A stretch of DNA of 64,000 nt from Flaccisagitta enflata (taxonomy: Eukaryota). The first letter of the stretch is position 1, and each line of letters opens with the position of its first letter. A model generated the notes under the pieces. It did no database searches, was not told the DNA's origin, and saw only the letters and a list, made by a program, of their open reading frames with translations. Both the position numbers and the translations under genes were made by a program. The stretch is from positions 23,064,001-23,128,000 of the forward strand of contig OZ231126.1 of the NCBI GenBank assembly GCA_965153355.1. Reading direction: 5' to 3'. Of this stretch, positions 58,410 to 64,000 are shown piece by piece.

Positions 58410-59249
58410 AATAGCAGCCCAAAGGCAGTAAGTGGTCAGCGGTACCCGTGCCCTGCTTGAGTAGAAAGTGATTAAGGTTGAGAGGGAGCAGGGCAGCGGC
58501 CCCGAAGGGGACGAAGTCCTGTAGAACACAGGGGGAATCTGCCCGTCCGTCCATCCGTCCGTCCGTCCATCCGTCCTTCTGTCTGCATTCCTTCTGTCCA
58601 GGATGCCCTTTTATTCAAATTTTCATTGAATACCATGGAGAAATGACAAAAGGCTGTATGTGGACAATGATACCCTTGCCCTTATTGTATAGTTTGTATA
58701 GTTGAGGGAGGAGCAGGCCAGGATCCGGGTCTCTGAGTCTAGAATCTGGGTCTCAGAGACCAATTTCCTGGTCTCAGAGGCAAGGGTTTCAGTCTCTGAG
58801 GTCAGGATTTGGGCCTCTGAGGCTAGGAATTAGGTCTTTGAGGCCAGAACCTAGGTCTTGGAACTCAGAATCTGGGTCCCAAAGGTCAGGATCTGGGTCT
58901 CTAAGGCTTGGATGTGGGTTTTGGGAGCCAGAATCTAAGTTTAAAGGGCCAAAATGATAGAACTCAGGCCAGAATTCAGACCAGAATTCAGGTTTTCTAG
59001 CCAGGTTTGGCCCATTTTACCTGGTCTAGAGCCAATTTGCTTGAATTTGGCCCATTTTGGCTGGATTTGGGCCATTTTCCTTGGATTTGGGCCATACAGT
59101 TTGGATTTGGGCCCCAAAGGAGACGAAGCCCTGAGGGTGGGGCGGGGGGGGACGTACGTACGGACGGACGTACGGATGGACGTACGGACGGACGGACAGA
59201 TTCCCCCTGTGTTCTACAGGACTTCGTCCCCTTCGGGGCCGCTGCCCAA
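58410..59249 (-). mobile_element. Family B element, complete
   Basis: IR arms starting at 58491 and ending at 59247, GTCC/GGAC microsatellites inside both arms, 20/21-bp arrays and an ~80-bp tail. Confidence 0.87.
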
Positions 59250-60051
59250 AAAGAGCAGGGGGGTGCATGCAGAAAAAAGGATTGCCACTGCAGTGATACC
59301 AGGAAAGGGTTAGACACACAAGTGATTACCACCGGATATGATAGGAAAAGCTGCGAAACATACGGTACAGTGCAGTTCGGAGTGAGTAGTCAGTTATGTG
59401 ACTGAAGCGAGATCTACAATTGGAAATGCGCTAGATGTAGTGTGCCATTTCCCCGGCAATTGTAGCATGCATGATCACTGATCACTGTCCATGTTTTCAT
59501 ATTTGTTAAACCGCGAAGCTGTACCGGGTTGGCAACCATCCTTTTCGAAGTTTGGCAAGCACATGCACTTTCACACTCACCTTCTCGTTTTCTTTTTGAC
59601 ATTTGAAAGGGATTATTGGACTATTACCTGAACCAAAAAAGAATGGTTCCCACATACTGACTCTTCTCGCTACCGACTGGGATGGACTTACATCAGCCGT
59701 TATCGTACGTTGCAATACAATGTAAATGTGAAGAAAATTGAAGGCTAACAATGAGTCTGGTGAGGAAGTGGGGTTTAAAGATAACAAGAAATGAAAAAAA
59801 AAACCGTAAGAGCGGAAGCAATAGAGAAAGGAGGTGCAACCAAAGAAAAAATAAAACAAAATAAAATAAAAGAAAGACGTGATTAAGAGCGGAAGTAAAA
59901 GGAAGAACGAGGCATTGAGACAGAGATAAGGGAAATGCGAATCTCCTCTTGCAACCATTCCAACCATGTGAGATGGCACTGCTATGGCACCGCAATGGCT
60001 CGGAAATGCCACCGACATTGCCTCCTCTCACGCGCTAACATTCATTCTTAT

Positions 60052-60156
<105 letters not shown>

Positions 60157-60208
60157 TCTTTTTCCAGACTATCATCTATTACTTCAGACTCGCTGCCAAG
60201 ACGTAGAC

Positions 60209-60244
<36 letters not shown>

Positions 60245-60334
60245 AGTCTCTTCTGTTTCCATGCAAGCTGCAATCCTGAGACGTAATCCTGCCATCTGCT
60301 GCTCGAAAGTAGAATCATTGGATTGCTGCCGATT

Positions 60335-60548
<214 letters not shown>

Positions 60549-60668
60549 CCTTTCTGATTTTTGCCATTACCATTTTCTTACCCTGTCCTATTTTTCTCCC
60601 TTTTCCCCCTGTTATATACAGCTTTTCGCGCTCGGGATTTCTTTGGCATGTAATCGTAAACGACCAAG

Positions 60669-60968
60669 TCACGTGCAAATCTCACGTGCAATCATCACGT
60701 GCAAGCATCACGTGTAAGCATCACGTGTAAGCATCACCTGTAAGCATCACCCTGTAATGTGAGCCGCTTTTAGTACGACTGTGTATATCACATGACCCTT
60801 TCCTTTACTCCCGAGACGCGCTCACCTCCTTCAACTACCCCCTCCTCCTTAACTCCCCCCCCTTATCCTCAACTCCCTCTTCCTCCTCCTTTGATTCCCC
60901 CCCCCCTGATCATCACGTGACCGTGACCGTGTAAGATTAAAGTGAGATTTAGTGCTGATCACGTGACA
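60669..60968. repeat. 13-bp tandem repeat of CACGTG E-boxes plus two TCACGTGAC sites
   Basis: CACGTG at 60670, 60683, 60696, 60709, 60722, 60914 and 60960. Confidence 0.8.
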
Positions 60969-61009
60969 GTAGAAATAAGATGGAATCAGATGGGATGGCA
61001 AGAACGGTT

Positions 61010-61830
61010 TAATGAATGAATGAATGAATGAATGAATGAATGAATGAATGAATGAATGAATGAATGAATGAATGAATGAATGAATGAATGAATGAATGAA
61101 TGAATGAATGAATGAATGAATGATTGGATGAATGAAGGAATCAACAAATGAACGACTCTTTATATTCTCATTGAATCATTGAATGAATTATTGAATGAAT
61201 GAATGAATTTTTGAATGAATGAATGAATGATTGAATGAATCAATGAATGATCGAATGAATGAATGAATGAATGAATGAATGAATGAACGATTGAATGAAT
61301 TGATAAATGAACGATTGAATATTGGAAGGATTGATTATTGGAGAGCCGTATAGATAGATGAATGAAGAGGTAGATGGATGGAAAGATGCTTTGATGGATG
61401 GTTGAACGAATGAAAAGTAGGATGGATGGATGGATGGATGGAAGGATGGATGGATGGATGGATGGATGGATGGATGGATGGATGGATGGATAAATGGATG
61501 GATGATTTTGTGGGAAGACCAATGGATGTATTCTTTGGAGCAATGAATATTTCAGTGACAGAATGACGGAATGGTTGACAGAACGGATTGAATGAATAAA
61601 TGAATGAATGAATGAATTGAATGAATGAGTGAAGAATAAATGAATGAATGAAGGGATGAATGAATGAATGATTGAATGATTGAATGAACAAACGAACGAA
61701 CGAACAAATGAACAAACGAACAAGCGAAAGAACGAACAAACAAATGGATGAATGAATGAATGAATGAATGAATGAATGAATGAATGAATGAATGAATGAA
61801 TGAATGAATGAATGAATGAATGAATGAATG
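61010..61830. repeat. (GAAT)n/(GGAT)n compound microsatellite
   Basis: Seen directly. Confidence 0.95.
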
Positions 61831-62149
61831 AAAGAACAAATGCAGGAAAGGTGGGATCATGATTCAAAAACTAACCAACAGACATTGATAGCAAGAGATA
61901 CTGATGGAGAGACAGATGGACTGGCTGGCAGATACACAGACAGACAAACATACCAACAGTGGAAGGGCGGCGAACGTGAAAGGAATTTCCAATTGGAATT
62001 TGAAATTGGACTTTGCCTTGATCAAAGCGAGCGGCAAAAAGCGGCCGAAACGCCAAAGCGGCCGACGCGGCCAGGACGATGTCACCGACCGCGGGACGTC
62101 TTAGAACCATACATAAATCTCGTCCTCCTTAGATGAGAGAGAGAGAGAA

Positions 62150-62212
<63 letters not shown>

Positions 62213-62590
62213 ATACAGTAAAAGATGGGCAGAAGCTTTTAAGAGGAAGAACGGAGAATGAATGGCTTTGATTACTTTGAAGGGCAATCTTAAGTTTGCA
62301 TTCAGACTATCATCACAGATGTGCAAGATTCTGTCAAAGTGCAATAAGTTGGTTTATACAGCGCAAACCATTTTAGTCACGTTATGGCCACCAATCGAAA
62401 TTATTGATATAAAAACAGAAGTTGTTTACTGTTGTCGTAGCAAAAATCTCGTCTGTCACGTCCTCAAACTTTTGCCGGCTCTTACATTAAAATTTTGTTT
62501 AAGCAGTTTTTACTTATCTAAACATTTACACAATGCCCAGGGGCATATGGAAAAGCCAACGGAAACTGACAAAAGTCAACGGACAATCAA

Positions 62591-62792
62591 AACAAGGCCG
62601 TATACACGGCTACTGAAGTCGCGTGCGGGTGGGCAGGGTCCATATTTGAGGTCACTAGACCATTTGGGCAGAGGGCAGATACACGGCAAGAGAGTCGCGG
62701 ACGGTTGGGCAGGGGCGGTGATGCAAAAATCGCTCAAAATTCAGAAATATTTGTAACCGACCTACTAACGTACCGACCTACCGACCGACAGG
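62591..62792 (-). mobile_element. Composite, truncated HINE-like element with two stacked 3' ends
   Basis: aacaaggccgtatacacggc...agtcgcgtgcgggtgggcaggg, then a second atacacggc...agtcgcggacggttgggcagggg, then (GACC)n. Confidence 0.7.
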
Positions 62793-63267
62793 CCACTTTC
62801 AGTGTCCATTCGATTCCAAGTATTCGCCTATTAAAGGGTCCATAAAACACCTCTATTTATTACAGGCGCGCGCTTCGCCTTGATTGAGGTGTTATAGAGT
62901 TGATGCAAATTTCTGTCAATGCCAAAATGAAAAAAAAAATGTATTGAAATGAGATGAAGTGACTAAAGTTTTTTTGGTCTGTTTTATGCAACTTTTCGTC
63001 GCTCTTGGATCTGTTATAGCGGCGTGTGACTAAATGAAATTAGCGCAGTGCATGCCACGAATGAACCAGCTAATCTTCGATGCTCTTTCATTTGCAGCTT
63101 TATTGCAGCAGGAGGGAGTTTCAAGCGACGAGAAATGGTGTATGAATAAAACGTGCGTTGTCGCCATTTTAATGGCGTCTGAGTCTTTCCGGCGAAAACG
63201 GCGGCGTCGTCCTCTCATCTTTCATCGACGGCGCCTCGTATTTTTTCTCTCCCAATGGCGCCGGTTT

Positions 63268-63740
63268 TTGGGCAGCGGCCCCGAAGAGGACGAAGTCCTG
63301 TTGTTGTTGTTATAGCCAAAAGAAATCCAGTGATTAATTGTCAGCGATTAGTCATTTATTTATTCATCCCCCCCCCAGGCCCTCTCAAGCCTGAAATCTT
63401 CCCTCTCAAGCCTTGAATCTGCCCTCTCAGGCATAAAATCTGCCACTCTCAGGCCTGAAATTTTTCCTCTCAGATTCGAGGCCTGAGAGGGCAGATTTCA
63501 GGCCTGAAAGGGCCTGGAGGAGACAGACGGATGGACAGACAAATGAATAAACAAACAAACAAAAGTCCCCATGAGTTCTACATGACTTCGTCCCCTTCGG
63601 GCAATTGCGCAATTGCAATTGCACAAATACACAATTGTGCAATTACACAATGGCACAATGGCACAATTGCGCAATTACACAATTACGCAAGGCAGGGCAA
63701 TGGGTATCGCTGACCACATATTGTCCTTGGGCGACCTGTT
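63268..63740 (+). mobile_element. Family B element, degraded, with caattg expansion in the tail
   Basis: ttgggcagcggccccgaagaggacgaagtcctg start, 21-mers in both orientations, partial inner arm, end ttgggcgacctgtt matching 28475. Confidence 0.8.
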
Positions 63741-64000
63741 GCGCTTCATACAACTCTACTTTTCGCCTTTTCCGGCGTCGGTCTCTGCCTCCGAGATGGC
63801 ACTTTGATTGAAAATAATCGCCACTTCTTCAGTCTCGCATACAGCCTTTAAAACCCGCTCAACGAGCCGTTGAAACTCAGTTTTAGTTTCCATTGTTGTC
63901 TAACGCCCATATTAAATCCCATTTTTTCCTCTTTCAAAGTTATTTGATCATTCTAAGAAATTTACGACCGTCTTCTTCTTCTTCTTCTTCTTCTTCGTCT

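Overview
Eukaryotic, very probably bilaterian invertebrate, genomic DNA. It is dense in microsatellites and non-autonomous transposons, and almost every ORF in the supplied track is a simple-repeat artefact. One convincing host coding exon is present: the first coding exon of a central-class Hox gene on the minus strand (44924-44348). It is Ala/His/Ser-rich and ends in IYPWMATAG with a phase-1 GT donor, resembling the Ubx/Lox2/Lox4 junction. I found no homeobox exon in the remaining 44 kb downstream, so most of the window is probably one very large first intron plus the upstream region. Manual translation also shows a decayed, intron-containing DNA-transposase gene (hAT-related, hATm-like) at 2103-181 that the ORF track breaks up. 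The main interspersed repeats are two families with Helentron/DINE-1 (HINE)-like architecture, with co-varying hairpins or inverted repeats and highly variable internal tandem arrays. Two 1.7-kb copies bracket the Hox exon. There are also several TA-flanked and foldback MITEs, and candidate cis-regulatory clusters (posterior-Hox/Cdx, CTCF/YY1/CRE and E-box motifs). I cannot demonstrate a wholly new biological system. All family assignments come from recalled motifs and need database confirmation.
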